A stretch of 64,000 nucleotides of DNA, from contig CANSQM010000009.1 of assembly GCA_947649205.1 (NCBI GenBank), positions 4,757 to 68,756 of the forward strand, in the 5' to 3' direction. The position numbers and the translations under genes were made by a program. Below the pieces are notes generated by a model that did not search any database, had not been told where the DNA came from, and saw only the letters and a program-made list of their open reading frames with translations. Positions 49,982-59,450 of the stretch are shown here, in pieces; position 1 is the stretch's first letter, and each line of letters begins with the position of its first letter. This stretch comes from an uncultured Enterorhabdus sp. (GTDB lineage Bacteria > Actinomycetota > Coriobacteriia > Coriobacteriales > Eggerthellaceae).

Positions 49982-50001
49982 CTCTTTAGCGTACTAAAGT
50001 A
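49982..50001. promoter_or_regulatory. Palindromic operator resembling a HisR (YerC/TrpR-like) box
   Basis: - strand TACTTTA-GTACGC-TAAAGAG versus the recalled consensus YACTTTA-N6-TAAAGTR. Confidence 0.5.
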
Positions 50002-50043
50002 CCGAAGTGTTGGCAAGTATAACACGGGAAACGGCAGAACCCA

Positions 50044-51210
50044 CTACTTTTTGCGGTTAAAGAGCTTGTTGTTGCCGCTCTTGGAGGCGGAAATCTCCAC
50101 GAGGCGCGGCTCGAAATCGAACAGCTCGGCCATGGGAACCACGGGGATAATTTCGATGCACTTCTTCAGGCAGGCATCGGCGCACAGGTTGCACTGGGTG
50201 CAGTCGGCCATGGAGAACTCCACGTAGCCGCGGGTTTTGTCCGGGTGCACGTCGAGGCTCTTGCGCAGGGCGTCGGTGGGGCAGAACATCACGCACATGC
50301 CGCAGCCGTTGCATTTCTCCACGTCGATCTCGATGTCGCCGAAGATGCGCGTGAACATCTCGGGCACCTCCGGCTCGCCGATGCGGCTCATGGCATCGAG
50401 AATCTCGAGGTTGCGCTCGGCCTCGATGGTGGGCATCTTCCCCGCCCCGTTCTTCACGCCGAGCTTCTCCCGCAGGGACTGCTCCTCCTTCTGGAGTTTC
50501 AGCTGCTTGAGCTTCTCGTTCACCATCTTCTCGGCCGCCGTCTTTGCCACGTCCTTGGCGTAGTGGCCCGTGGAGGTGAAGAACTCGCGGCGGGCGGCCC
50601 CCACGGCCTTGTGCAGGTCGGCCACCTTCACGGTCTCGGGGAAGTCGTCGCTGCGGGTGATGACGGTGGCAGACCCCACGGCCTCCAGCAGCGTGCGGGC
50701 GGATTCCACGGTGTCGTCGATGTAGGGCACGGCGGCGCGGTACTTGCAGGTGCGGCAGGTGCCGTCGATGAGCTGGATGTCCTGGATGCCCCGGGCGGCC
50801 AGCTCCACCAGCAGGCGCTCGTCCATGCGGGCCAGACAGGGCACCACGGCGTACTTGTCCGGGTCGCCAGTCTGGCGGGCGGCCTTTCGGGCGCAGGCGA
50901 TCACGGTCACGCCTTCCGCAGCGGTGGTCGTGGCGGCCACGGCGGCGGCCAGCTCCTCTTCCATGGGATCCACCGAGATGAGGGCGCTCGTGGGGCACAC
51001 CGCGATGCACGCCCCGCAGGCCACGCAGGCTCCGGCGTCGATGGTTAGCTCGTTCTTCTCGATCAGGATGGCATCGGCCAGGCAGGCGTCGGCGCACTTG
51101 CGGCAGGTGGAATGGCGGTTGCGCACGGCCACGCAGCGAGTCGGCGCCGTGATGACCGCCTTGGTTTCCAGGGCGTCCACCATCTCCATGATGTCGTTCA
51201 AATTGGGCAT
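50044..51210 (-). CDS. 4Fe-4S dicluster ferredoxin-type protein
   Basis: Four CxxCxxCxxxC-type motifs. Confidence 0.88.
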   Translation of the reverse strand: MPNLNDIMEMVDALETKAVITAPTRCVAVRNRHSTCRKCADACLADAILIEKNELTIDAGACVACGACIAVCPTSALISVDPMEEELAAAVAATTTAAEGVTVIACARKAARQTGDPDKYAVVPCLARMDERLLVELAARGIQDIQLIDGTCRTCKYRAAVPYIDDTVESARTLLEAVGSATVITRSDDFPETVKVADLHKAVGAARREFFTSTGHYAKDVAKTAAEKMVNEKLKQLKLQKEEQSLREKLGVKNGAGKMPTIEAERNLEILDAMSRIGEPEVPEMFTRIFGDIEIDVEKCNGCGMCVMFCPTDALRKSLDVHPDKTRGYVEFSMADCTQCNLCADACLKKCIEIIPVVPMAELFDFEPRLVEISASKSGNNKLFNRKK

Positions 51211-51300
51211 GACGTCCGTTCCTTCCGTTTACAAGCGAGCCGTGTCCGCCGCGGGAGCTTAAGCCCCCGGCAGCGATGCGGGCCGATTTTTCGTGCGCTC

Positions 51301-52668
51301 CTATTCTCCCAGATAGGAATCTTCGATGCGAGCCAATTCTTCCGGCGTGTTCGCGTTGATGAAGCAGCCGCCGCGCGGTTCCACCTCGAGCACCTTGTCC
51401 TGGGTGTAGGGAAGCACCGTGAGCTCGGGGTCGTCGAAGAAGCTCTGCACCCGCTTCTCCCCCCGATCGGCGCGGCGGTGCACGGCGGGCATGCAGGTTT
51501 CCTTACGGTACATGGCATGCAGGGGCTCGAAGCCGTGCTTGTTGTGGGGAGCCACCACATCGGCGCCGCTCTCGTGCATGGCCAGGGCCTCGGCTACCAC
51601 CAGACGGGCGCTGGCGAACACCATATCGCAGGCCACCACGGCCACATAGGGGTTCTGAGCGGCGGAAAGGGCCGTGTACATACCGGGAAGAGCCCCGCGC
51701 TCGTTGTAGGCATCGGGCACGAGGCGAATATCCAGGTCGGGGTACATATCGTGGAGGAACGCCAGGTTGGGAGCCTCGTTGGTGGTGATGATGAGCTCAT
51801 CGGCCACGGGCGCGAGCCGCTCCACGAGCCGGCAGATGAGGGGGCGGCCAGCGAAGGGCACCGTGGCCTTCGAGCGGCCCATGCGCCGCGATTCGCCGCC
51901 GGCCTGGATGACCACGGTAACGCGGGGGCGCACGTAGTGCTCGGCTAGGAAGTCGGCGAGGGCCGCCGTGTCCTCCAGGTCCACGGCCGGAATGCCGTAG
52001 AGGGCCGCCGCCTCGCGGGCCGCGGGAATGTCGGTGACCACGGCCACGGTGGAGGCCGCGGGCATCTTCTCGCGCTCGTCGGCGGCGAAAGGAGCAGCGG
52101 CCGGGGCGGCAGCAGAGCCGACGGTGGCGGCCGGGATGGCGGCCGGGGCCAGACCGCCGGCGGAAGCGGCGGCCGGGGCGGCAGGGGCGTCGATCTTGGC
52201 CGCAGCCGCCCCGTCGCCGCGGCCCATCTGCACGTGATCGGCCCCCAGGGGCACACCCTCGCGGGCGCCCCGCAGGAACACCTCGGCCGTATGGGCGTCG
52301 GCGGCGTTGCCCGCTCGCATGATCTCAATGGTGGGCAGACCGCTCTTGCGATAACCCTCCACCACCACGATGTCATGGCCGGGCATGGAACGCACCAGCT
52401 CGTTGCATTCCGCCTCGCCCTCGATAGTCTTTATGCGCGCCACCTGGCCCGGAGCCGCAATAACAGTCTCGGAGGCACCGGCGGCGCGGTGGCGGTAGGA
52501 GTCCTTCCCTGGGTAATCTATGTCGAATCCGACATGAGAATGATGCTTGATGGAGCCCACGTCGTAGCCGCGGTCCACCAACTCGGCGATAAGCCGCTCA
52601 ATGAGCGTGGTCTTCCCGGAATTGTGCCGCCCCACAATGGCAATGGCCGGGCTCGGTATATCGATCAT
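51301..52668 (-). CDS. mobB: MobB-MobA fusion (molybdopterin guanine dinucleotide biosynthesis)
   Basis: GRHNSGKTT..IKHH..GKDSYRH..VEGYR (MobB); IQAGGESRRMGRSKA..GALPG..VVACDM..NANTPEEL (MobA). Confidence 0.88.
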   Translation of the reverse strand: MIDIPSPAIAIVGRHNSGKTTLIERLIAELVDRGYDVGSIKHHSHVGFDIDYPGKDSYRHRAAGASETVIAAPGQVARIKTIEGEAECNELVRSMPGHDIVVVEGYRKSGLPTIEIMRAGNAADAHTAEVFLRGAREGVPLGADHVQMGRGDGAAAAKIDAPAAPAAASAGGLAPAAIPAATVGSAAAPAAAPFAADEREKMPAASTVAVVTDIPAAREAAALYGIPAVDLEDTAALADFLAEHYVRPRVTVVIQAGGESRRMGRSKATVPFAGRPLICRLVERLAPVADELIITTNEAPNLAFLHDMYPDLDIRLVPDAYNERGALPGMYTALSAAQNPYVAVVACDMVFASARLVVAEALAMHESGADVVAPHNKHGFEPLHAMYRKETCMPAVHRRADRGEKRVQSFFDDPELTVLPYTQDKVLEVEPRGGCFINANTPEELARIEDSYLGE

Positions 52669-53056
52669 AGTATCCCTCAACCTCTCTGCGAGCGCCCCGC
52701 CTCCCCAGGCCGCAGCACGAATACTGCCGGGTCGCGCCCCCTCGTCATAGTTCCGGGCCAGTATAGCACGAGCGCGCGGGCCCGTCCCCAGCGAGCTGCG
52801 GGGGCAAATCGCGGGCGCCGGTCAGTTTCCCTGCCCACGAGGAGGATCGCGAGCGCCGCCCAACGCCCTGCCCAAGAGGCGGATCGCGGGTGCCGCCCTG
52901 TGTTGCTGCGTGAGGCGAAACAAGCGGCGCACCGCCACACCGCCTCGGCGCGTCGTGAGCTTCACCCCCTTCCCTGCAACGAAAAGGGCCCGACCGCATG
53001 GCCGGGCCCGAGGGTTCCCTGCAAGCGAGGCCAGAGGTCCTCGCCAAAGAGAGGGG

Positions 53057-54574
53057 CTACTTCAAGCCCTCCACCTCGAAGGAGGCCGCCTCCTCGATGT
53101 ACTCTTCCACCGGGTTGTCGCCGTAATCGGGCAGGTCGGCGGTGGTCCAGCACTCGCAAGCCGGCATACCGGGCACGCTCGAAGCCAAGAACACCGGGTC
53201 TTTGCCCTCCTCGCGCTGACGGGTGTAGTCGGCCAGCGCGGCCAGGGCCCACTTGCCCAGCAACAGGATGGCCACGAGGTTGATGATGGCCATAAAGCCC
53301 ATGAAGATGTCGGCCAGGTTCCACGCCAGATCGAAGCTGTTCACGCAGCCGTAGAAAATGGCGGCCAAGCACAGCACGCGGAAGACCACCATGCCCCACT
53401 TGGTGTTCTTGAAGATGTAGCGGAAGTTCGTCTCGGCGTAGAAGTAGTTGCCGATGAGGCTGGAGAACGCAAAGGCGAAAATGGCGAAGGTGATGAAGTG
53501 GATGCCCACCTCGCCCACGGCGTTGTTCACGGCCAGCTGCACCAGCGGCATGCCGTTCAGGGCCGCGGCGGCCTCGGGATCCTGCACCCAGAAGATCATG
53601 ACCATCATAGCCGAGCAGGTGCAGATGAGCAGCGTGTCGATGTACACGGACAGGCTCTGCACAAGGCCCTGCTTCACCGGATGCGACACCGAGGCGGTGG
53701 CGGCGGCGTTGGGGGCAGAACCCATGCCGGCCTCATTGGAGAACAGGCCGCGCTTGATGCCGAGCATGACCACCGAACCGGCGAAGCCGCCGGCAATGGA
53801 CTGGAAGTTGAAGGCCGACTCGAAGATAACGGCGAACACGGCGGGCAGCTCGCCGATGTTGGTAACCGTGGTCCACACGGCCAGCACGATATAGGCGATG
53901 GCCATGATGGGCACGATGATGGAGGTGATGATGGAGATGCGCTTCGCGCCGCCGAAGATGACGAAGGCGGTGAACACGATGAGCACAATGCCCACGCCGA
54001 TGGCGGTGCCGTTGGTGGCGTAGTCGGGGATGTAGTACTCCAGCGCCGAGGTCATGTTGAAGGCCTGCAGGCCGTTGAAGCCGAAGGCGAAGCACAGGAT
54101 GAGCGCCCAGGCGAAGATGATGCCGAGCCAGCGCTGACCGAGGCCCTGCTGAATGTAGTAGGCCGGGCCGCCGCGGAACTCGCCTTCCTTGCCGCGGATC
54201 TTGTAGATCTGGGCGAGGGTGGACTCGATGAAGGCCGACGCAGCGCCAATGAGGGCCATGGCCCACATCCAGAAGATGGCGCCCGGGCCGCCGGTGGCCA
54301 CAGCCGTGGCGATGCCGGCAATGTTGCCCGTGCCCACGCGGGAGGCAGTGGACACCATGAGGGCCTGGAACGACGAGATGGACTTCTCGCCTTCCACGTG
54401 CTTCTTCTCCGTCAGCTGGGTGAACATATCCTTGATGTAGCGGATCTGCACGCCCTTGGTGCGGACGGTGAAATAGATGCCAACGAACACGAGCAAGATC
54501 ACCAGGATGTAGGTGTACATGAACCCGCTGATCTCGCCAGTCCAGGCAACGAGCATCTCATTCAAATCGGTCAT
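53057..54574 (-). CDS. Alanine/glycine:cation symporter (AGCS family)
   Basis: RVGTGNIAGIATA, GGPGAIFWMW, GGPAYY, GIKRGLFSNEAGMGS, DTLLICT. Confidence 0.95.
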   Translation of the reverse strand: MTDLNEMLVAWTGEISGFMYTYILVILLVFVGIYFTVRTKGVQIRYIKDMFTQLTEKKHVEGEKSISSFQALMVSTASRVGTGNIAGIATAVATGGPGAIFWMWAMALIGAASAFIESTLAQIYKIRGKEGEFRGGPAYYIQQGLGQRWLGIIFAWALILCFAFGFNGLQAFNMTSALEYYIPDYATNGTAIGVGIVLIVFTAFVIFGGAKRISIITSIIVPIMAIAYIVLAVWTTVTNIGELPAVFAVIFESAFNFQSIAGGFAGSVVMLGIKRGLFSNEAGMGSAPNAAATASVSHPVKQGLVQSLSVYIDTLLICTCSAMMVMIFWVQDPEAAAALNGMPLVQLAVNNAVGEVGIHFITFAIFAFAFSSLIGNYFYAETNFRYIFKNTKWGMVVFRVLCLAAIFYGCVNSFDLAWNLADIFMGFMAIINLVAILLLGKWALAALADYTRQREEGKDPVFLASSVPGMPACECWTTADLPDYGDNPVEEYIEEAASFEVEGLK

Positions 54575-55012
54575 AGATGCTTCCTTTCCGAAACGCGCCG
54601 AGCATCAGCCCAGCCGTTCCCAGACGGGGCCCGTCTTTCTGCGCGCGAATCATGGGCGCTGCGCACCGTCGGGCGGCGTCGGCGTGATTCGCGATAGGAA
54701 AACGGCCTCTTGGTCACGACGCGCCGGCCCCTACCGGCGCGAGATAGTGTTCCTATTTTACACGACGGACAACCCCAAACCCCCGAGGTTGCCCAGGTAT
54801 TTCGGAGCAACCCCCTCATCGTGCACCTGATGGGAGCCCACGACGACTTGGGCGGGAACCCACGACGGCTCGGGCGAGGCTGGGTAACGACTGCCTGCGC
54901 CCCTCAAGTACGACCCAAGTGCGAATGGGGCCAAGTATCCTGTCGAAACCACAAGGCAAGCAGCAGCGTGGTGCATTTGGTAGTATAATAAAGTAGTACT
55001 AAAGGATACCGT

Positions 55013-55270
55013 ATGCAAGACATCATCGTTCATCCTCACGCGCTCAAGCATGGTCTCAGCGTGGAAGCCATCGAAGCAGCCTGGGGAAACTTCGTGAGAA
55101 GAAGACCGCGCGGAGAAGACTGCTGAGTGACGATCGGCTACGACCGCGAAGGTCACGAAGTGGAACTGGTGGGACTGTCGCTGGCAGACGGTTCGACGTT
55201 GGTTATTCATGCGCTATCGCCAGCAACCAAGAAGATGAAACGCGAATTGGGACTGGGAAGGAGCCGATAA
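55013..55270 (+). pseudogene. Type II toxin (BrnT/RelE-like) with in-frame TGA at 55124-55126
   Basis: MQDIIVHPHALKHGLSVEAIEAAWGNFVRRRPRGEDC*VTIGYDREGHEVELVGLSLADGSTLVIHALSPATKKMKRELGLGRSR*; AAAGGA RBS; TAATG coupling to the antitoxin. Confidence 0.75.
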
Positions 55271-55554
55271 TGGCAGAGTACAAGCTCAAAAGCGGCAAAA
55301 CCCTCACCGATGAGGAGATTGAGGCCATGGCCGAGGCCTTCGAACGAGGTGACTACCCGGGCAGCTGGTCAGGCGAGGTGCGCGTGGGGAGGCCGCGCCT
55401 ATCGCCTGAGCCCCTCGATGTCATCAGCTTCAAAGTGCCGCACTCGGCAGCACTGGCCATCAAGCAAGCCGCCGAGCGAGAGGGAACGTCGCGCTCGGCC
55501 TTCCTCCGCCAAGCCGCCCTCGAAAGAACCGAACGCATCCTCGCCGCTGGATAA
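55270..55554 (+). CDS. RHH/CopG-type antitoxin
   Basis: VGRPRL..ISFKVP..AAEREGTSRSAFLRQA. Confidence 0.85.
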   Translation: MAEYKLKSGKTLTDEEIEAMAEAFERGDYPGSWSGEVRVGRPRLSPEPLDVISFKVPHSAALAIKQAAEREGTSRSAFLRQAALERTERILAAG

Positions 55555-55650
55555 AGCCCTAATAAGGCGCAAAACGTCGAGTATTCCCTGAAAACAACTG
55601 CTCACACCGCGAAAACGGGGTTGAAGAAGGCGTCTACGCACCCCGTTGGC

Positions 55651-55677
55651 AAAAATTGCAAAAGTTGCAAAAGTTGC
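55651..55677. repeat. Tandem 9-mer AAAA(A/G)TTGC x3
   Basis: aaaaattgc aaaagttgc aaaagttgc. Confidence 0.8.
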
Positions 55678-55850
55678 AAAAAATGTCAAGGAACAACGAC
55701 AGCCAGGGCCTCATTCGCATAGAACTTCCCCTGTTCAAGGACTACCTCCGCGAACAACTTCTTTAGAGCGGCCTCGGGGACGCGAACGACGCGATTGGCG
55801 GTAAGCGGCTGCTTCGAAAAGCCGGCGCGGTCTTACCGCAGGATAGGAAG

Positions 55851-55888
55851 AGCGAGGGAGGCCGTCCCGTGGGGCGACCTCCCTTGCT
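55851..55888. terminator. Imperfect hairpin downstream of the LAQTG gene
   Basis: agcgagggagg...cctcccttgct. Confidence 0.55.
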
Positions 55889-55915
55889 ATGGCTCTATGG
55901 TGGAGCGTTACCGTC

Positions 55916-57748
55916 CTAGCGGCGGACGTGGCGGCCATGGCGGCCGCGCACACCGAGGGCGGCGAACACCGCCGCGCCGGCGGCGGCCGAGGCCAGGGCG
56001 ATCAGCGCGAGCACGGGGGCGGCGTCCCCGGTCTGGGCGAGCGGCGCGCGGGAAGTGGCCTTCTCGCCGTCGTCGCCGGAGTCCGGGGCGGCAGCCGCGC
56101 CGCCGGCCCCGTCGTCGTCGGCCGGCAGGCCGCCGTCGGCCAAGGCGAAGGTGGACAGGTCGGTCACCGTGAAGGTGACGTAGCCGCCCTTCGCCACCGC
56201 GCGGGACGTGGTGATGGAGCCGTCCTGGTGGCGATGGTAGATCACGATGATGTGGCCGTTGTAGGCCTCAGGAACCGGCATGGAGATGGTCATCTCGCCG
56301 AAGCCGTCGTGTATCTCCTTGCCGTTGACGAGCAGTGTGACCTCGAAGATGTCGCCGATGCGGTCGGGGACGGCCGCGTCCAGGTCGTTGTAGGCCGCGC
56401 CCGAGGTCACCTTGGAGGTGCCCACCTCGATGTCGGCCCCCTCGGGGACGTTGGGCCCGGACAGCTTGCCGCTGGCCTTGATGCCGGTGCCCCCTGTGAC
56501 GGTCAGCGCGGGAGCATCCTCGTCGGCATCTTCATCGATCTCGTAAGGGTCGCCATAGCCGTAGACAACGAGAAGGTCGGCAAGGTCGGTATCAGTGAAG
56601 CTCCAAGGGCTCTTGCCCACAAGCTCATTCAGACTGAGCGGGCCACCAGAGGGAACCGTGCCGCCCTGGCAGAAACCTGCCATTGAGTAAATGCCCATGA
56701 AAGATCGGTCGCCAGTGAACTGTTTTGCGTACTCCGTGAAGTATTCAAACATGTACTTCAGATCTGATTGGGTAAAGACATAGCCCTCGGGCACTACGAA
56801 GGTGTCAGGAGCGGCGGACGTGGTCGTATTGTCGGTTTCATTTTCTTGCAATGCCACCTCAAACACTATATATCGAAATTCCGCATGATGATAGACAGGG
56901 AAGAAGGATGCGTCCTCTTTGACCACCGTCCCCTGCGCCTCATAGCACCTACCGAGATCGCCATGACTTTCTGAAAGACTCCAGTCGGCATTCCCGTGCA
57001 GGGTCACTGCATTGCCCTCGGCCGTATCCAGATACGCCAACCCATTCTTGATTTCCCCCTTATACCAACCGACGAACGTACCTTCATACCCGCCCTCGAA
57101 CCACACATCATCAAACTTGCAGGTTGCGGGCGCGGAAGGCAGGTCGGCGGCGGTGAGTACTGTTCCAACGGGGAAGGTTTTCTCGGTTTTGCTCGGACCA
57201 TAGAAGGTAACAGTCACCTCGCCTTGCGGATCTTCAGCTGCGGGATCAGACGCACCCTCTGGAGCGCTTTCCCTTTCAACTTCGACCGTAGCGCCAGTGC
57301 CATCGGTCGTAAGCTCATCGCTGGACTGCCCTTCTCCGGGAACGGCCACTCCCGCATCGTCGCCGGCCACGGATCCACTGACCTCGGTGTCGGCCCCTCC
57401 CTCGGGCTCAGGGGCACCGGCCTCGATGCCAGCACCCTCGACCTCAGAGCCGTCTTCGGCAGAGTCGGCATCGCCCTGGCCGGCGCCCTCCTCAACCGCG
57501 GCATCCGCGGCCTCTTCCTCGGCGGCCGCGCCGCCCGGGGCCTCCCCGCCATCGGCCGACCCCGTCTCCGGCAGCGCGCCGTCGCCAGGGGCCGGCGCGT
57601 CGCTCACCTCCAGGGCGGGCTGCTCGACGGCCTCGCCCTCGGCCCAGGCCAGGTACGGCACGGCGGTGCCGAGGGCCAGGGCCAGGGCGCACAGGCACGA
57701 GACCGCCGCGTGGCGCCTCTGTCGTCTCTTCACTTTCTCGGGATGCAT
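55916..57748 (-). CDS. Sortase-anchored (LAQTG) surface protein, mosaic
   Basis: GAAGGAG RBS before ATG 57748; signal peptide; acidic linker; C-terminal GYVTFTVTDLSTFAL domain; LAQTG, TM helix and basic tail. Confidence 0.85.
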   Translation of the reverse strand: MHPEKVKRRQRRHAAVSCLCALALALGTAVPYLAWAEGEAVEQPALEVSDAPAPGDGALPETGSADGGEAPGGAAAEEEAADAAVEEGAGQGDADSAEDGSEVEGAGIEAGAPEPEGGADTEVSGSVAGDDAGVAVPGEGQSSDELTTDGTGATVEVERESAPEGASDPAAEDPQGEVTVTFYGPSKTEKTFPVGTVLTAADLPSAPATCKFDDVWFEGGYEGTFVGWYKGEIKNGLAYLDTAEGNAVTLHGNADWSLSESHGDLGRCYEAQGTVVKEDASFFPVYHHAEFRYIVFEVALQENETDNTTTSAAPDTFVVPEGYVFTQSDLKYMFEYFTEYAKQFTGDRSFMGIYSMAGFCQGGTVPSGGPLSLNELVGKSPWSFTDTDLADLLVVYGYGDPYEIDEDADEDAPALTVTGGTGIKASGKLSGPNVPEGADIEVGTSKVTSGAAYNDLDAAVPDRIGDIFEVTLLVNGKEIHDGFGEMTISMPVPEAYNGHIIVIYHRHQDGSITTSRAVAKGGYVTFTVTDLSTFALADGGLPADDDGAGGAAAAPDSGDDGEKATSRAPLAQTGDAAPVLALIALASAAAGAAVFAALGVRGRHGRHVRR

Positions 57749-58069
57749 TCTCGCTCCTTCCTCACTCTCTTGGAAGAAGCCCCCCCCCGTGGCACTAAAA
57801 TCGGATGGTCGCGAGAGAGGCAACGCCAGCCCAACCAGGGCATAGCACGGCTTAGTATAGCAGAGCATTCACTTATAGAAGAACTTTTCGAGCGACGGAT
57901 TCAACTTAGAACCCGCGATTACCCCGTCGCGACGCGAGCGAGACTCCTTGCGTCTCCAGCGCGGTTTGCGGACGGCCCCCAACGGGACATTCCCGCGACA
58001 AAACTACGGTTCTTTGAGTGTACGGTTCCCCTTAAACCGTTCGGCTTCGCAGCGTGGTAGGTAAAGCAA

Positions 58070-58083
58070 TATCATATATGATA
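58070..58083. promoter_or_regulatory. Perfect palindrome TATCATATATGATA, probable hicAB operator
   Basis: Immediately upstream of the hicA RBS. Confidence 0.6.
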
Positions 58084-58096
58084 CTATGGAGGTGTT

Positions 58097-58345
58097 ATGG
58101 GAACCTTTGAAAAGCAAGTGCGGGAGATCCTTGAGACCAGGGGGCCGCTCCCCTTTCCCGCCGTTAAACTCGTTTGCGACCGGCTCTTCGGGGCACCCAG
58201 AACAAGAGGGTCTCACTTGATTTACCGAACTCCCTGGCGGGGAGACCCTCGTATCAATATCCAAAATCGCAAAGGCTACGTTGCCTTTTACCAGGTGAGG
58301 CAAGTAGCCCAAGCGATCGTTCGATTGGAGGAGCTTCATGATTAA
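58097..58345 (+). CDS. hicA: HicA-family toxin
   Basis: RGSHLIYRTPW..PRINIQ..KG..YQVRQV; overlaps the antitoxin start. Confidence 0.8.
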   Translation: MGTFEKQVREILETRGPLPFPAVKLVCDRLFGAPRTRGSHLIYRTPWRGDPRINIQNRKGYVAFYQVRQVAQAIVRLEELHD

Positions 58346-58658
58346 GGCCCAAGATTACGCCTATCGCGTGCTGTGGTCGCCTCGCGATGGCGCCTATGTT
58401 GGCACGGTGGCGGAGTTTCCCTCGCTTTCGTGCGTCGAAGAAGACCAGGGCAGCGCGTTCTTCGGCATTATCGACCTTGTTGAGAGCGTGCTCGAAGACA
58501 TGGCCGCCACCGGAGAAGAAGCGCCCATTCCCTTCGCCCTGCGCTCCTACTCCGGCAAGTTCGCCCTCCGCATTCCACCTGAGAAGCACCGCCAGCTGGC
58601 CATCGAGGCAGCTGAGCAGCACGTCTCCATTAACCAGCTGGTGGTCTCTCGTCTGTAG
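58338..58658 (+). CDS. hicB: HicB-family antitoxin
   Basis: YRVLWSPRDGAYVGTVAEFPSLS, YSGKFALRIPPEKHRQLAIEAAEQHVSIN. Confidence 0.88.
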   Translation: MIKAQDYAYRVLWSPRDGAYVGTVAEFPSLSCVEEDQGSAFFGIIDLVESVLEDMAATGEEAPIPFALRSYSGKFALRIPPEKHRQLAIEAAEQHVSINQLVVSRL

Positions 58659-58872
58659 GAGGGGAAGCCAAGCGCTCGGGATGGCACGCAGTCCGGATGG
58701 ACCTCTTGCGGATGACGAACGGCCCCGACGGGCACCTCGCGGGCGGAGCACCTCCCCGACGGACCCCGCCGCACAGTACCCACGACTACCCCACGTGCGC
58801 CGCGCGCAACCCCGGACGGGCCCCACGCGCGCAGCGCACGCCCCGGTCGGCTGTCCCGCGGGCAGCCCCCCC

Positions 58873-59400
58873 CTACTTCAGGGCGGCGGCTACCTTGCGG
58901 GCAGCGGCGGTTATGGTGAGGTCGTTCACGTCCACGGTGATGTCGGCGTACTTCTCGTAGAGGGGCAGGCGCTCGTCGTACAGATCGCGCAGACTCATGC
59001 CGATGCCGTCGCGCATGACCACGCCGCGGTCGGAGAAGTCAGCCAGGCGGTGCTTCAGCTCGTCGAAGTTGATCTTGAGGTACACAATGCGCCCGATTTC
59101 GCCGAGGTGCTCCATGGCCGCGTCGCTGTAGACGGCCGAGCCGCCCGTGGCGATGACCGAGTGCTCGAAGCTCATCTCGGAGAGCACCTGGTTCTCGATC
59201 TCGATGAAGGCGTCGGGGCCCAGCGTGTCGATGAGCCGCTGGAGCGACTTGTCGCAGGACTGCTGGATGAGCAGGTCGGCATCGACGAAGTCCATGCAGA
59301 GGATCTTCGCCAGCACGATACCCAACGTGGACTTGCCGGCGCCGGGCATGCCGATGAGCACAACGTTGTCGCGGCCGGGATCGAAGGACTTCTCTTTCAT
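58873..59400 (-). CDS. aroK: Shikimate kinase
   Basis: LIGMPGAGKST, FVDAD, VIATGGS, ERLPLYEKYAD. Confidence 0.92.
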   Translation of the reverse strand: MKEKSFDPGRDNVVLIGMPGAGKSTLGIVLAKILCMDFVDADLLIQQSCDKSLQRLIDTLGPDAFIEIENQVLSEMSFEHSVIATGGSAVYSDAAMEHLGEIGRIVYLKINFDELKHRLADFSDRGVVMRDGIGMSLRDLYDERLPLYEKYADITVDVNDLTITAAARKVAAALK

Positions 59401-59450
59401 GGGGCTTCCTTTCTTGTTGAGGCGGCTCGGCGCCGCCAAGGCAGATGGGG

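Noticed and set aside
54575-54760. Glycine riboswitch expected upstream of an AGCS symporter
   Set aside because: No GGAGA/CCGAAG/CTCTCAGG-type motifs were seen.
55121-55160. Selenocysteine read-through at TGC-TGA in the toxin gene
   Set aside because: Only a weak GTGAC/GTCAC stem follows, the protein is not redox-like, and a Trp nonsense mutation is simpler.
57940-57972. Possible c-di-GMP-I riboswitch (GCAAACC...GACGCAAG on the - strand) upstream of the surface protein
   Set aside because: It lacks the GNRA-capped stem and receptor; the sequence forms an unrelated local hairpin. An Rfam scan would settle it.
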